Assembly (NCBI GenBank): GCA_903867285.1
Contig: CAIPQX010000007.1
Location: 1 to 46,247 of the forward strand
From: an uncultured Actinomycetes bacterium
GTDB taxonomy: Bacteria > Actinomycetota > Actinomycetes > Nanopelagicales > Nanopelagicaceae
Reading direction: 5' to 3'
DNA length: 46,247 nucleotides
Within the stretch, counting starts at the first letter, position 1; every line of letters starts with the position of its first letter. Both the position numbers and the translations under genes were made by a program. Below, piece by piece: positions 9,794 to 20,865 of the stretch. The notes beneath the pieces were generated by a model, which worked only from the letters and a program-made list of their open reading frames with translations, searched no databases and was not told the DNA's origin.

Positions 9794-10690
9794 GTGACTA
9801 TTGATATGACTCCTACGGCAAAGAAGGCTCCTGCTAAGAAGGCGATTTCCAAGAGCGGAATCGCTAAGAAGAGCGCGGTTAAAAAGTCCCCACCAGCGAA
9901 AAAGCTTGTGGCGAAGAAACTAGTGGCTAAGAAAGCAGTGAAAACCGTGCCCGCAAAGAAATCCCCTGCAGCAAGCAGCGCCAAGAAAGTGGCAGCGACC
10001 AAAGCCGCACCCGCCAAGAAGGTGGCCGCTCGCTCTCCAAATATCGTAAAACCGACCTTAGCAAAGAGCCCAACCGTAGCGAAGGTCCCGGCCAAGAAGG
10101 CTCCTGGAAAACCATTTCCTGCAAAATTGCAGAGCACCACGACTGGCGACTCGACAACAATTACCGTTACACCGCATGAGGTAAACGCTGGTCCTGAAAT
10201 TGTGATCGAAGAGCGGCGCCTTGTCATGCCACCGCCCCCTCGTCCTGTAAAGAGCGGCAAGCGCAACCATATTCTCAAGCCAATCAAGGGCGCTCCGGCT
10301 CCGCTGGTTGTCAACGAAAATGAAAATCCGTGGACCGCCGCCGAATTAAAGACGATGCGCTCTGAACTCACCAAAGAATTGATCCGCTTGAAATCTGAAT
10401 TGAGCGAGGCCGAGGGCGAGATGCAGGACTTAATCTCTGCAGCTGGAGTTGGAGCTGGCGATGACCAGGCCGATGCCGGCACCAAGACTTTTGAACGTGA
10501 ACACGAGATGTCACTTGTTTACAATGCCCGCGACATGGTGCTGCAGACAGAACGTGCCGTCGAGCGAATTGATACCAAGACATACGGTCGTTGTGAAGAG
10601 TGTGGAAATGCGATTGGTAAAGCGCGCCTCCAAGTCTTCCCGCGTGCGACTCTCTGTATGGCATGCAAGCAGAAAGAGGAACGGCGCTGA
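9794..10690 (+). CDS. DksA/TraR-family C4 zinc-finger protein with a Lys/Ala/Pro-rich histone-like N-terminal tail
   Basis: C-terminus CEECGNAIGKARLQVFPRATLCMACKQ is the TraR/DksA CxxC-N17-CxxC finger, preceded by a coiled-coil-like segment. The first ~110 aa are AKK/PAKK repeats. Sits in the same slot between ileS and lspA as in Streptomyces. Start is uncertain (GTG 9794 or ATG 9806, no clear RBS). Confidence 0.8.
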   Translation: MTIDMTPTAKKAPAKKAISKSGIAKKSAVKKSPPAKKLVAKKLVAKKAVKTVPAKKSPAASSAKKVAATKAAPAKKVAARSPNIVKPTLAKSPTVAKVPAKKAPGKPFPAKLQSTTTGDSTTITVTPHEVNAGPEIVIEERRLVMPPPPRPVKSGKRNHILKPIKGAPAPLVVNENENPWTAAELKTMRSELTKELIRLKSELSEAEGEMQDLISAAGVGAGDDQADAGTKTFEREHEMSLVYNARDMVLQTERAVERIDTKTYGRCEECGNAIGKARLQVFPRATLCMACKQKEERR

Positions 10691-11187
10691 GTAATTCAGC
10701 ACCTCACCGAAAAGCAGTTAGATCCTTACTAACCGTTGCCATCGCAATAATTGCGATTGATAGTGGTTCAAAAGCGCTGGCCCTGCACACCTTGGGGAGG
10801 GATCCAAAGCCAATCTTCGGTTCTTTCCTGCAATTGCAATTGACCTCCAACTCTGGTGCAGCGTTCGGCTTTGCGCAGAGCGCAACCGTATTTCTCTCTC
10901 TCCTCTCCTTCTTGGCAATTGCAGGCATCTATCTCTTCTCGAAATCGATCACGGCACGCTCATGGGGGATAGCTTTGGGCTTTCTTTTAGGTGGCATTAG
11001 CGGGAATCTCGTGGATCGCTTCTTCCGCCCGCCATACCTATTGCATGGCCAGGTCGTTGATTGGATCCGCCTACCGCACTGGCCGATATTTAATCTGGCA
11101 GATACCTCTATTGTTATCTCTGCAGTAACCATTGCAATTCTCCTTTTAAACGATGTGAAACCGAGGTCCCGTGATGACGTTCCCTGA
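10663..11187 (+). CDS. lspA: Lipoprotein signal peptidase (signal peptidase II)
   Basis: 174 aa. NSGAAFGF and WPIFNLADTSI motifs, four hydrophobic segments. ATG 10663 is the only canonical in-frame start and overlaps the upstream gene by 28 nt. Confidence 0.85.
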   Translation: MQAERGTALSNSAPHRKAVRSLLTVAIAIIAIDSGSKALALHTLGRDPKPIFGSFLQLQLTSNSGAAFGFAQSATVFLSLLSFLAIAGIYLFSKSITARSWGIALGFLLGGISGNLVDRFFRPPYLLHGQVVDWIRLPHWPIFNLADTSIVISAVTIAILLLNDVKPRSRDDVP

Positions 11188-12124
11188 ACGTGAATTAAAG
11201 GTGATCTCTATACCTGAAGGGCTTGATCAGGATCGCGTCGATGCCGCACTCGCTCGGATGCTGGGGCTATCGCGCTCTGTAGTTGTCTCTCTCATCGAGA
11301 ACGAAGAAATTTCTCGTGGTGGTAAGCCGGTTACCAAGTCGGACAAAGTTTCTACTGCGGATGTACTCGAGATATTGATGCCGCCCGCCAAGAGCGCGCC
11401 GCAATTAACACCAACTCCCGTTGCAGGCCTAGAAGTCGTTTACAACGACGAGCACATCATTGTCGTTAATAAGCCCGCAGGAGTTGCTGCGCATCCCAGT
11501 CCCGGATGGCAAGGCCCTACCGTGATCGGTGCAGTGATCGCCGCCGGCTACAACGTATCGACAAGTGGCGCCGCGGAGCGACAAGGTGTTGTTCATCGTC
11601 TGGATGTAGGAACCACCGGTTTGATGGTCATCGCCAAAGATGAAATCTCCTATGCATCGCTTAAGGATCAATTTAGGGATCGGACCGTTACAAAGGTTTA
11701 TCACGCCATGGTCCAAGGTCATATGGATCCATCCCAAGGAACTATTGATGCTCCCATTAATCGCCACCCGCGGGAGGATTATCGTTTTGCGGTTGTGGCG
11801 GATGGCAAGCCATCTATCACCCATTACACCTCGCTTGAACTCTTTCCCGCAGTCTCACTCCTCGAGATCGAACTCGAGACGGGGCGAACCCATCAGATTC
11901 GCGTGCACTTCGCGGCGCTCCATCATCCCCTTGTCGGCGATCTCACATACGGCGCAGATCACACAATCGCCGACCGCTTAAATATCCACCGCCCATGGCT
12001 GCACGCTCGTGAACTCAAATTTACCCACCCGGTAACTGGCGCGAAGATGGCGTTTGCCTCCGAGTACCCATTAGATCTGACACGCTCATTGGCCGAGCTT
12101 GAGCAAAATAGCCGTCAGAATTAG
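11174..12124 (+). CDS. rluD: RluA-family 23S rRNA pseudouridine synthase (RluD-like)
   Basis: S4-like N-terminus, catalytic HRLDVGTTGLMVIAK and GRTHQIRVH motifs. The ORF opens at GTG 11171, but ATG 11174 has better spacing to GAGG (11164..11167). Confidence 0.9.
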   Translation: MTFPERELKVISIPEGLDQDRVDAALARMLGLSRSVVVSLIENEEISRGGKPVTKSDKVSTADVLEILMPPAKSAPQLTPTPVAGLEVVYNDEHIIVVNKPAGVAAHPSPGWQGPTVIGAVIAAGYNVSTSGAAERQGVVHRLDVGTTGLMVIAKDEISYASLKDQFRDRTVTKVYHAMVQGHMDPSQGTIDAPINRHPREDYRFAVVADGKPSITHYTSLELFPAVSLLEIELETGRTHQIRVHFAALHHPLVGDLTYGADHTIADRLNIHRPWLHARELKFTHPVTGAKMAFASEYPLDLTRSLAELEQNSRQN

Positions 12125-12147
12125 CCACAGTAGTAATCTCGCTAACC

Positions 12148-15100
12148 GTGTCGCAGAATTCCAATTTCGTTCATCTTCATGTCCACACCGAGTATTCGAT
12201 GCTGGATGGGGCCGCGCGCGTTGAGGAGCTGGTCAAAGAGGTAGCCAGGCAAGAGATGCCAGCGATCGCGATCACAGATCACGGAAATGTTTTTGGTGCC
12301 TTTGAATTCAATAAACAGGCGCGCAAAGCCGGCGTAAAACCAATTATCGGCATTGAAGCATATGTCGCTCCCGAGAGCCGCTTCGATAAGAAGCGCGTGA
12401 AGTGGGCCGATGGTGGCGAAGATGATGTTTCAGGTGGCGGCGCTTACACGCATATGACCCTGCTCGCCGAAAATAATGTGGGGCTTTCAAATCTCTTTAA
12501 ATTGTCGTCGCTGGCTTCGCTCGAAGGTTTCTATTACAAGCCTCGTATGGATCGCGAACTACTCGCACAGTATGCAACGGGAATTATCGCCACGACCGGA
12601 TGCCCAGGTGGAGAGATTCAAACTCGATTGCGAATGGGTGCTTACAAAGAGGCGATGACCGCGGCCAGTGAGCTCCGAGATATCTTCGGGCGGGAAAACT
12701 TCTTTCTAGAAATCATGGATCACGGAATTGATGTCGAGAAGAGAGTGAAGGCCGATCTTCTCAAGCTCGGCAAGGAGTTAGGACTTCCACTCCTGGCCAC
12801 CAATGATCTGCACTATACAAAGAATGAGGATTCTGTAGCCCACGAGGCTCTGCTCTGCGTGCAATCTGGATCCACGATGGCTGACCCCAAGCGTTTTAAA
12901 TTTGATAACGATCAGTTTTATTTGAAGAGCGCCGCTGAGATGCGCGAGCTTTTCCAGGATTTCCCAGATAGCTGCGATAACACTTTGTTGATTGCAGAGC
13001 GTTGCAACGTGACTCTGCGCGAAGGTGAAAATTTGCTACCCCAATTCGAGGTTCCTGCGGGTGAGAGCGAAGATTCTTGGCTGACAAAACTTTCGAACCT
13101 TGGACTCGCGGATCGCATGAACGGCGAAGTGACTCCCGCCTATCAAGAGCGTTTGGATTACGAACTCAGCGTCATGATCAAGATGGGCTTCCCCGGATAT
13201 TTCCTCGTGGTTTCTGATCTCTGTGCTCACGCCCGCGAGGTCGGCATTCGTGTTGGTCCGGGACGTGGATCGGCTGCTGGCTCCTTGGTTTCTTATGCGC
13301 TGGGAATCACCGCCCTCGATCCGATCAAGCACGGTCTGCTCTTCGAGCGCTTCCTCAACCCTGAGCGCATTTCCATGCCAGATATTGATCTGGACTTCGA
13401 TGAGCGCCGCCGCTCCGAGATGATTGCTTACGCAACTAATAAGTATGGTGAAGATCGAGTTGCCCAGATCATTACGTACAGCAACATCAAGTCAAAGCAG
13501 GCTCTTAAAGATGCGACTCGAGTCCTGGGTTATCCCTATGCGATCGGCGACAAAATTACCAAAGCTCTCCCTCCCACCATCATGGGCAAGGACATCACGC
13601 TCTCCGGAATTTTTGACCCTAAGAATGATCGCTATGGCGAGGCAGGAGAGTTTCGTACAGTGTACGAAACGGATAGCGACGCCAAGAGAATTGTTGATAC
13701 CGCGCGTGGATTAGAAGGACTTAAGCGGCAGTGGGGAGTACATGCTGCGGGTGTCATTCTTAGTAAGGAACCACTGCTTGAAGTGATTCCAATTCATCGC
13801 CGTGAAGCCGATGGCGCCATCATTACCCAATTCGACATGGGCGCTTGTGAAGCAACGGGATTGCTCAAGATGGATTTCCTCGGCCTGCGCAACCTTTCAG
13901 TACTCGATGACTGTCTCATTAATATTAAGAGGAATAAGGGAGCGGATGTAGATCTCTCGCTGCTTACCTTGGATGATCCGAAGACCTTCGAACTTTTAGG
14001 CAAGGGTGAAACTCTCGGAGTCTTCCAGCTTGATGGTGGTCCGATGCGAGCGCTGCTTCGCCAGATGGCACCGGATTCCTTTGAAGATATCTCTGCTGTG
14101 ATTGCGCTTTATCGCCCAGGGCCGATGGGTGTAAATGCACATACCGATTATGCCGATCGTAAAAATCGTCGTAAGCCCGTAGAGCCGATTCATGAAGAGT
14201 TGTCCGAACCCCTCGCCGAAATTTTGGGCGATACCTATGGCTTGATCGTGTACCAAGAGCAAGTGATGGCAATTGCGCAGAAGGTTGCTGGCTTCTCGCT
14301 GGGACGCGCTGATTTACTGCGTAAAGCTATGGGCAAGAAGAACAAAGAGATCCTCGATAAAGAGTATGTAAATTTCGAAGCAGGAATGGTGGCCGGGGGC
14401 TTCGGCAAAAACGCTATAAAAAAATTATGGGATACCTTGATTCCATTCTCGGATTATGCGTTTAACAGAGCCCACTCTGCTGGGTACGGTCTCGTCTCAT
14501 ACTGGACCGCTTATTTGAAGGCGAATTTCCCCACCGAATATATGGCTGCTCTATTAACTAGCGTGCGAGATGACAAAGATAAGAGCGCTCTCTATCTCAA
14601 TGAATGCCGCCGCATGGGAATAAAAGTCTTGCCGCCTGATGTCAACGAGTCAGCATCGGATTACACCCCACTTGGCGCAGATATCCGTTTTGGATTGACT
14701 GCAATTCGCAATGTTGGAGAGAACGTAGTCGCATCAATCGTCTCCAACCGCGCGAGCAAGGGTCGCTACCTTTCCTTCGGCGACTTCCTGGCGAAGGTGG
14801 ATCAGCAGGTCTGCAACAAGAAGACCATTGAATCTCTCATTAAGGCTGGTGCATTTGATTCGCTCGATGCAACGCGGCGTGGACTGATGATGGTCTATCT
14901 GGAGGCGATCGATTCAGTAAGCGAGGCAAAACGAGCAGAAGCGATCGGCCAATTTGATCTCTTTGGAAGTTCTGACGGCGCAGCGTCCACCAGCGTGAGT
15001 GATGTCGAGTTAGATATTCCAAAAGATGAATGGGATAAGAACCTTCTCTTGAGCTACGAGCGCGAAATGCTTGGACTCTATGTATCAGATCACCCGCTCC

Positions 15101-15666
15101 TTGGAATCGAGCACGTCCTGCGCGCGGCGGTCGATATGCCTTTATCGCAGATTGCTGAAGATTCTGTAGGGCATGAACAGATCGTCACCATCGGCGGTCT
15201 CATCACTCAGATACAACGCAAGGTTTCCAAACAAGGTAACTCGTGGGCGATCGTCTCCATCGAGGACCTTGAAGGCGCGGTCGATGTCCTCTTCTTTGCC
15301 GCCACATATCAGACCCATGCGATGAATTTGATGGAAGATCGAGTGATTGTTGTGCGAGGTCGAATCGATAAGCGCGAAGAGGCGCCGCGGATTACTGCGC
15401 TTGATATGACAATTCCCGATGTCACTGGCGCTCCCACGGGCCCGCTTGTGATTACCATCGATGCTATTCGAGTCACTGCCCCACTAGTGGATCGCATGAA
15501 GGAGATATTGCGCTCCCATCCCGGCCCGCGCGAAGTCCACCTAAAGCTCGATGATGGCAGCAAAGGCTTGGTGATGAAGATTGATGATGATTTGCGCGTC
15601 ACGGCTTCACCAAGTTTGAGCGCGGATCTGAAATCAGTGCTGGGGCCGGACTGTTTAGTCTCCTGA
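12148..15666 (+). CDS. dnaE: DNA polymerase III alpha subunit (DnaE1 type with intact PHP domain)
   Basis: 1172 aa. The N-terminal PHP motif FVHLHVHTEYSMLDGA matches actinobacterial DnaE1 N-termini. GTG start. Confidence 0.97.
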   Translation: MSQNSNFVHLHVHTEYSMLDGAARVEELVKEVARQEMPAIAITDHGNVFGAFEFNKQARKAGVKPIIGIEAYVAPESRFDKKRVKWADGGEDDVSGGGAYTHMTLLAENNVGLSNLFKLSSLASLEGFYYKPRMDRELLAQYATGIIATTGCPGGEIQTRLRMGAYKEAMTAASELRDIFGRENFFLEIMDHGIDVEKRVKADLLKLGKELGLPLLATNDLHYTKNEDSVAHEALLCVQSGSTMADPKRFKFDNDQFYLKSAAEMRELFQDFPDSCDNTLLIAERCNVTLREGENLLPQFEVPAGESEDSWLTKLSNLGLADRMNGEVTPAYQERLDYELSVMIKMGFPGYFLVVSDLCAHAREVGIRVGPGRGSAAGSLVSYALGITALDPIKHGLLFERFLNPERISMPDIDLDFDERRRSEMIAYATNKYGEDRVAQIITYSNIKSKQALKDATRVLGYPYAIGDKITKALPPTIMGKDITLSGIFDPKNDRYGEAGEFRTVYETDSDAKRIVDTARGLEGLKRQWGVHAAGVILSKEPLLEVIPIHRREADGAIITQFDMGACEATGLLKMDFLGLRNLSVLDDCLINIKRNKGADVDLSLLTLDDPKTFELLGKGETLGVFQLDGGPMRALLRQMAPDSFEDISAVIALYRPGPMGVNAHTDYADRKNRRKPVEPIHEELSEPLAEILGDTYGLIVYQEQVMAIAQKVAGFSLGRADLLRKAMGKKNKEILDKEYVNFEAGMVAGGFGKNAIKKLWDTLIPFSDYAFNRAHSAGYGLVSYWTAYLKANFPTEYMAALLTSVRDDKDKSALYLNECRRMGIKVLPPDVNESASDYTPLGADIRFGLTAIRNVGENVVASIVSNRASKGRYLSFGDFLAKVDQQVCNKKTIESLIKAGAFDSLDATRRGLMMVYLEAIDSVSEAKRAEAIGQFDLFGSSDGAASTSVSDVELDIPKDEWDKNLLLSYEREMLGLYVSDHPLLGIEHVLRAAVDMPLSQIAEDSVGHEQIVTIGGLITQIQRKVSKQGNSWAIVSIEDLEGAVDVLFFAATYQTHAMNLMEDRVIVVRGRIDKREEAPRITALDMTIPDVTGAPTGPLVITIDAIRVTAPLVDRMKEILRSHPGPREVHLKLDDGSKGLVMKIDDDLRVTASPSLSADLKSVLGPDCLVS

Positions 15667-15715
15667 CCAAGGTTTGGCGCAGCGATATTAGGTTACGGGC
15701 TCGCTCGCCACGCTT

Positions 15716-15721
15716 TAGAAT
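15716..15721 (+). promoter_or_regulatory. Candidate -10 box TAGAAT for a leaderless hisD transcript starting at GTG 15728
   Basis: Sequence TAGAAT-atgggg-GTG. The hexamer abuts ATG 15722, so a transcript from it could only use GTG 15728 (in frame, 2 codons downstream). Confidence 0.3.
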
Positions 15722-17053
15722 ATGGGGGTGACTTCCGATTTCGCTATCCCACTGATCGACCTACGTGGGAAGACGCTAACTAAAGCACAATACAAGATGG
15801 CAATACCCCGTGCGAAGCTCGATGTTGCACATGCCATGGCGGCGGTTGAACCGATCTTGCAGCGTGTGAAAAATGGAGATGAGGCGACTCTCAAAGAATT
15901 ATCGTTGGAGTTTGACGGCATTTCTCCTGTCCATGTGCGAGTACCGCAAAGCGCAATTGATCAAGCCTTGGCAGATTTAGATCCAGCGGTAAAGAGTGCG
16001 CTGGAGATCTCCATCGGGCGCATCCGCGCGGTTCATGAATCTCAATCACGAAAATCCGAGCGAACCGAAGTGGTCGCCGGCGCTAGCGTCACTCAAAAAT
16101 GGATACCCGTGGATCGCGTTGGGCTCTATGTACCTGGCGGAAATGCCGTGTACCCCAGCTCTGTCTTAATGAATGTTATCCCGGCGCAGATAGCACGGGT
16201 TCCCAGTATCGCAGTGGCATCTCCGCCGCAGCGCGAGTTCGACGGACTTCCGCATCCCACCATTCTCGCCGCCTGCGCCCTACTTGGTATTTATGAGGTT
16301 TATGCCGTCGGAGGAGCGCAAGCAATTGCAATGTTTGCTTACGGAGTTGAAGGACTCTGCGAGCCGGTTGATCTCGTGACCGGTCCCGGAAATGTTTATG
16401 TGGCAGCTGCGAAACGAGCGCTGCGCGGATTGATCGCGATCGACTCGGAAGCGGGTCCAACTGAAATAGGAATCTTAGCCGATGAGAGCGCGATCGCAGG
16501 TGAGGTAGCGGCCGATTTAATTAGTCAGGCCGAACACGATGTCAATGCTGCCGCGGTTCTTGTCACGACATCGACCACTCTGGCTGACGAGGTAAAAATT
16601 GAACTTGCAATCCGAGTAACCCGAACGCGCCACTCCGATCGGATTCGGGCTGCTCTTACGGGAGTGCAATCCGCGATCGTCCTCGTGGACTCGATGAAAC
16701 AGGGCATTGATGTTATGAATGGCTACGCCGCAGAGCACCTGGAGATTCACGCATCGGCTGCACAAGCCATCGCTTCTGAGATCCGCAACGCCGGCGCGGT
16801 ATTCATAGGCAGATTTGCACCTGTCTCGCTGGGGGATTACTCCGCTGGATCGAATCACGTCCTACCTACTGGTGGTTGCGCTTGTCACTCCAGCGGGCTT
16901 TCGGTACAAACTTTTCTTAAGGGCGTCAACTTTATTGAGTATGACGAGAGCTCGTTTATGGATATTGCCGCTACGGTAATTACACTCGCCAACGCAGAAG
17001 ATTTGCCGGCCCACGGCGAAGCGATGAGCGCCAGGTTTGAGGAGAAGAGCTGA
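15722..17053 (+). CDS. hisD: Histidinol dehydrogenase
   Basis: 443 aa of full-length HisD-like sequence ([31 protein letters not shown]). The start is either ATG 15722 or GTG 15728. Confidence 0.95.
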   Translation: MGVTSDFAIPLIDLRGKTLTKAQYKMAIPRAKLDVAHAMAAVEPILQRVKNGDEATLKELSLEFDGISPVHVRVPQSAIDQALADLDPAVKSALEISIGRIRAVHESQSRKSERTEVVAGASVTQKWIPVDRVGLYVPGGNAVYPSSVLMNVIPAQIARVPSIAVASPPQREFDGLPHPTILAACALLGIYEVYAVGGAQAIAMFAYGVEGLCEPVDLVTGPGNVYVAAAKRALRGLIAIDSEAGPTEIGILADESAIAGEVAADLISQAEHDVNAAAVLVTTSTTLADEVKIELAIRVTRTRHSDRIRAALTGVQSAIVLVDSMKQGIDVMNGYAAEHLEIHASAAQAIASEIRNAGAVFIGRFAPVSLGDYSAGSNHVLPTGGCACHSSGLSVQTFLKGVNFIEYDESSFMDIAATVITLANAEDLPAHGEAMSARFEEKS

Positions 17054-18156
17054 TGGTTCAATCACAATGGCCGTATTGGTTACCGCTCCGCAGCGACCTA
17101 CGTAATATCTCGCCCTATGGTGCTCCACAGATTGAGGGCGTCGTTGCGCTTAACACAAACGAGAACCCTTTCCCCCTTCCCATTGAAGTAGTGGAAGTTA
17201 TGTCCGCAAGAATCACCGAGGTGATTGCAAACCTCAATCGATATCCAGATCGCGATGCGCATGCCTTACGCCAGAAGTTGGCTCACTACATCACGCAGAG
17301 CGCTGGCGTTGAAGTAAGTGAAGAGAATATCTGGGCGGCAAATGGTTCCAATGAAATATTGCAAACTCTTTTTTTGGCGTGTGGGGGAGCGGATCACCTT
17401 GCTCTGGGGTTCGCGCCGTCTTATTCCATCTACCCACTTATTGCACAAATTACCAAGACTCCCTGGTTCGCAGGAAGTAGAGATGCAGATTTTGGAATTG
17501 ATATTGCCAAGGCAAAGAAACTGATTCGCGAGAAATCTCCCCACTTGGTCTTCGTTGCGACTCCCAATAACCCATCGGGAACTGCAACTTCGATAGCAGA
17601 CCTTAAGGAACTTGCAGAGGCGACCGGCTCGGTCGGTGGGCTATTTATTGTGGATGAGGCTTACGCAGAATTTTCCGATCAACCTTCCGCGGTGACCCTT
17701 CTGGCTGATTTTCCCCATGTGGTCGTCGTACGGACAATGAGTAAGGCCTTCGCCTTTGCCGGTGCGCGCACCGGATATCTCATTGCGAAACCCGCCGTTG
17801 TTCACGCCGCCCTGATTACGCGATTGCCATATCACCTCAGCGCGTTGACTCAGGCGGCAGCCGAGACAGCGTTGGAGTTCGCGCCAGTCATGCAATCAGA
17901 GATCGAACTATTGATTGCCGAACGAGAGCGCGTAGCCAGCGCCCTCGCCGAGGCCGGATATCGCGTACATCCAAGTTCTGCCAATTTCCTTCTCTTCACA
18001 GGATTTTCCGGAGAGGCGAGCGCGCTATGGCAGGCCTTCCTCGACCGTGGAATTCTGATTCGAGATATTGGACTGCGCGGATTTTTACGCGTGACCATAG
18101 GTACCCCTGCAGAAAATGAGCAATTCATCGCGGCGCTCCGCGAAATTACGGAATAA
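17053..18156 (+). CDS. hisC: Histidinol-phosphate aminotransferase
   Basis: 367 aa class-II aminotransferase with the PLP-lysine motif TMSKAFAFAGARTGY. 1-nt overlap with hisD (TGATG). Confidence 0.95.
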   Translation: MVQSQWPYWLPLRSDLRNISPYGAPQIEGVVALNTNENPFPLPIEVVEVMSARITEVIANLNRYPDRDAHALRQKLAHYITQSAGVEVSEENIWAANGSNEILQTLFLACGGADHLALGFAPSYSIYPLIAQITKTPWFAGSRDADFGIDIAKAKKLIREKSPHLVFVATPNNPSGTATSIADLKELAEATGSVGGLFIVDEAYAEFSDQPSAVTLLADFPHVVVVRTMSKAFAFAGARTGYLIAKPAVVHAALITRLPYHLSALTQAAAETALEFAPVMQSEIELLIAERERVASALAEAGYRVHPSSANFLLFTGFSGEASALWQAFLDRGILIRDIGLRGFLRVTIGTPAENEQFIAALREITE

Positions 18157-18183
18157 TTCCCCCTCTACCGAAGGAAGACGCAC

Positions 18184-18777
18184 ATGACCGCACCTCGCAT
18201 TGCGACCGTTAAACGCCAGACCAAAGAGTCTGATGTCTTTGTGCAATTAAATCTTGATGGTTCGGGCCTCATCGATATCCAGACCGGAGTTCCCTTCTTC
18301 GAACACATGCTCTCGCAGCTCGGCAAGCATGCTGGTTTTGATCTCACCGTGAAGACAATTGGTGATGTCGATGTCGATTCGCATCACACCGTCGAAGATA
18401 CTTCGCTCGCCTTCGGTCAAGCCTTGCGCGAGGCGCTAGGAGATAAAGCCGGAATCCGTCGCTTCGGCGATGCGATGGTCCCGCTTGATGAAGTTCTGGT
18501 GCAGGCCGCAGTAGATCTCTCTGGCCGTCCGTATCTGGTGCACCGCCAACCCGAGATAGTGGAGTTGATAGGTACATTTGATACAACACTAGGGCGTCAT
18601 ATCTGGGAGTCGATTGTCGCTGAAGCGCGCATCGCATTGCATATTCGGGTACTCGAAGGTCGAAATGCTCATCACGTATTCGAAGCGCAATTCAAGGCCG
18701 TTGCTCGCGCGCTGCGCGATGCCGTTGCCATCGATGGTCGCACAACTGGCATCCCGTCCACAAAGGGCACTCTTTGA
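18184..18777 (+). CDS. hisB: Imidazoleglycerol-phosphate dehydratase
   Basis: 197 aa. Motifs DSHHTVEDT and GRNAHH. GAAGGAAG RBS. Confidence 0.96.
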   Translation: MTAPRIATVKRQTKESDVFVQLNLDGSGLIDIQTGVPFFEHMLSQLGKHAGFDLTVKTIGDVDVDSHHTVEDTSLAFGQALREALGDKAGIRRFGDAMVPLDEVLVQAAVDLSGRPYLVHRQPEIVELIGTFDTTLGRHIWESIVAEARIALHIRVLEGRNAHHVFEAQFKAVARALRDAVAIDGRTTGIPSTKGTL

Positions 18778-19370
18778 TCGCAATTCTGGATTATGGTTCT
18801 GGAAATCTCAGATCGGCGCAGCGAGCATTCGCTCTGACGGGGCACGAGACGATCGTTACCTCAGATCCAAATATTTGTCTCGCAAGTGAGGGTTTAGTTG
18901 TCCCCGGAGTTGGTGCTTACGGTGCGTGCATGGAGCAATTAGTTGCCACGGGTGGTCGTGCGATTATTGACGCTCGAGTAGCTGCACAAAAACCGATGAT
19001 TGGAATCTGTGTTGGTATGCAGATTCTTTTTACTAACGGTACCGAAAAGGGCGGCCACGATGGTGTCGGAATTTTCGCCGGCGCGGTCAGCCAGATTGAT
19101 GCCCCGATCTTGCCTCACATTGGATGGAACAATGTGCGCTCGGAAATTTCCTCAATTCTTCTCCAGGGGTTGCAGGACGAATCCTTTTACTTCGTCCACT
19201 CCTTTGCAGCGAAGAGCGCTGTTGCGGATGCAAGTAATAGTTGGTGTACCTATGGCGAAGAATTCCTCGCTGCAGTGGAGCGCGGTCCCGTGAGCGCAGT
19301 GCAATTCCATCCCGAGAAGAGCGGCGCTGCCGGAGCGCGACTTATATCTAATTGGGCGGAGACCCTATGA
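18774..19370 (+). CDS. hisH: Imidazole glycerol phosphate synthase, glutamine amidotransferase subunit
   Basis: TTG start giving [14 protein letters not shown]. Catalytic Cys in GICVGMQ, and FHPEKSG. 4-nt overlap with hisB. Confidence 0.95.
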   Translation: MIAILDYGSGNLRSAQRAFALTGHETIVTSDPNICLASEGLVVPGVGAYGACMEQLVATGGRAIIDARVAAQKPMIGICVGMQILFTNGTEKGGHDGVGIFAGAVSQIDAPILPHIGWNNVRSEISSILLQGLQDESFYFVHSFAAKSAVADASNSWCTYGEEFLAAVERGPVSAVQFHPEKSGAAGARLISNWAETL

Positions 19371-20095
19371 TCAAGAAATTGGAATTGCTGCCTGCCATTG
19401 ATGTAAAAGATGGCCTAGCCGTGCGATTGGTACAGGGTGAATTATCTGCGACGAGCAAGTACGGAGCACCTTTAGAAGTTGCAGCAGAATTTGTGACAGC
19501 AGGAGCCGAGTGGATACATCTCGTTGATTTAGATGCAGCATTTGGAACTGGAAGTAATGCTGCTCTACTAGAGAGCGTTATTAAGAGCGTGGATCTCAAG
19601 GTTGAACTCTCTGGTGGCATTAGGGATGACGAATCCCTGCGCCGAGCGCTGGCGACGGGATGTACTCGCGTAAACCTCGGAACCGCAGCTCTGGAAAATC
19701 CCGATTGGACCGCAAAAGTTATTGCGGAATTTGGGGATCGCATAGCCGTTGGTCTTGATGTGCGCGGCCATACCCTCGCCGCACGCGGTTGGACGCAGGA
19801 AGGTGGAGATCTCTTTGAAACTCTCGAACGCTTAGAGCGTGATGGTTGCTCGAGGTACATCGTGACCGATGTCGCCAAGGATGGAACGCTCCAGGGTCCA
19901 AATCTCGAACTGCTCCGCGAAGTCTGCGCCGCGACCAAGAAACCCGTTGTCGCCAGCGGAGGAGTTTCAAGTTTGGAAGATCTCATTGCAATACGTGCAC
20001 TTACTACGATCGGTGTTGAAGGAGCGATTGTGGGTAAAGCTCTTTACGCTGGTGCGTTCTCCTTGCCGCAGGCGCTAGAGGTCGCGAGTCAATGA
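19367..20095 (+). CDS. priA: HisA-family (beta/alpha)8 isomerase, probably bifunctional PriA (ProFAR / phosphoribosylanthranilate isomerase)
   Basis: [16 protein letters not shown]..., [19 protein letters not shown] 19367 overlaps the hisH stop (ATGA) and has GGCGGAG upstream; the longer TTG 19352 start in the track is less likely. The PriA assignment follows from actinobacterial context and the absence of trpF in the adjacent trp genes. Confidence 0.9.
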   Translation: MIKKLELLPAIDVKDGLAVRLVQGELSATSKYGAPLEVAAEFVTAGAEWIHLVDLDAAFGTGSNAALLESVIKSVDLKVELSGGIRDDESLRRALATGCTRVNLGTAALENPDWTAKVIAEFGDRIAVGLDVRGHTLAARGWTQEGGDLFETLERLERDGCSRYIVTDVAKDGTLQGPNLELLREVCAATKKPVVASGGVSSLEDLIAIRALTTIGVEGAIVGKALYAGAFSLPQALEVASQ

Positions 20096-20853
20096 CGCTT
20101 TCGAAGCGCGTAATTCCCTGTCTAGATGTCGCGGCCGGACGCGTGGTGAAAGGCGTCAATTTCCAAAATCTCGTTGATGCCGGCGATCCCGTTGAGTTAG
20201 CGAAGATTTATGGCGACGCCGGAGCCGATGAACTCACCTTCTTAGATATTTCTGCATCTGTCGAGGATCGTTCGACAACGCTAGAGATGGTTTCGCGGAC
20301 CGCCGAACAAGTCTTCATTCCATTGACAGTAGGTGGCGGGATTCGCGAAGTTGCAGATGTCGATCGCCTATTGCGCGCCGGCGCCGATAAAGTCGGAGTC
20401 AATACCGCAGCAATTGCCCGCCCCGAATTGATCAATGAGATCGCAGATAGATTCGGAAATCAGGTCTTGGTTCTCTCGGTGGATGCTCGCCGCGGATCAA
20501 CCCTGTCGGGATTTGAAGTAACAACCCATGGCGGACGCACTGGTACTGGGATCGATGCCTTCACTTGGATTGAAGAGGCAAGCGCCCGAGGTATTGGAGA
20601 AATTCTGCTCAACTCCATGGATGCCGATGGCACTCGGGCTGGTTACGACACCGAGATGATTCGCCAAGTGCGCGAGATAACTCATGTGCCATTGATCGCG
20701 AGTGGCGGAGCGGGCAAATTAGCAGATTTTTCTGCGGCCTTGGCGGCTGGCGCAGATGCCCTGCTGGCAGCGAGCGTCTTTCACTTTCAGACCTTTACGA
20801 TAGGTGAGGTTAAGGCAGATCTCGCTCGTCATGGATATTCGGTACGCCTTTAG
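20092..20853 (+). CDS. hisF: Imidazole glycerol phosphate synthase, cyclase subunit
   Basis: 253 aa. [30 protein letters not shown] overlap with priA. Confidence 0.96.
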   Translation: MTLSKRVIPCLDVAAGRVVKGVNFQNLVDAGDPVELAKIYGDAGADELTFLDISASVEDRSTTLEMVSRTAEQVFIPLTVGGGIREVADVDRLLRAGADKVGVNTAAIARPELINEIADRFGNQVLVLSVDARRGSTLSGFEVTTHGGRTGTGIDAFTWIEEASARGIGEILLNSMDADGTRAGYDTEMIRQVREITHVPLIASGGAGKLADFSAALAAGADALLAASVFHFQTFTIGEVKADLARHGYSVRL

Positions 20854-20865
20854 TAGGGGTTAAGG

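Noticed and set aside
9745-10485. 246-aa minus-strand ORF antisense to the DksA/TraR gene
   Set aside because: It is the mirror image of the AAG/GCN repeat region, and translates to low-complexity Phe/Leu/Ala text. It has no RBS and is fully overlapped by a gene with a recognisable domain.
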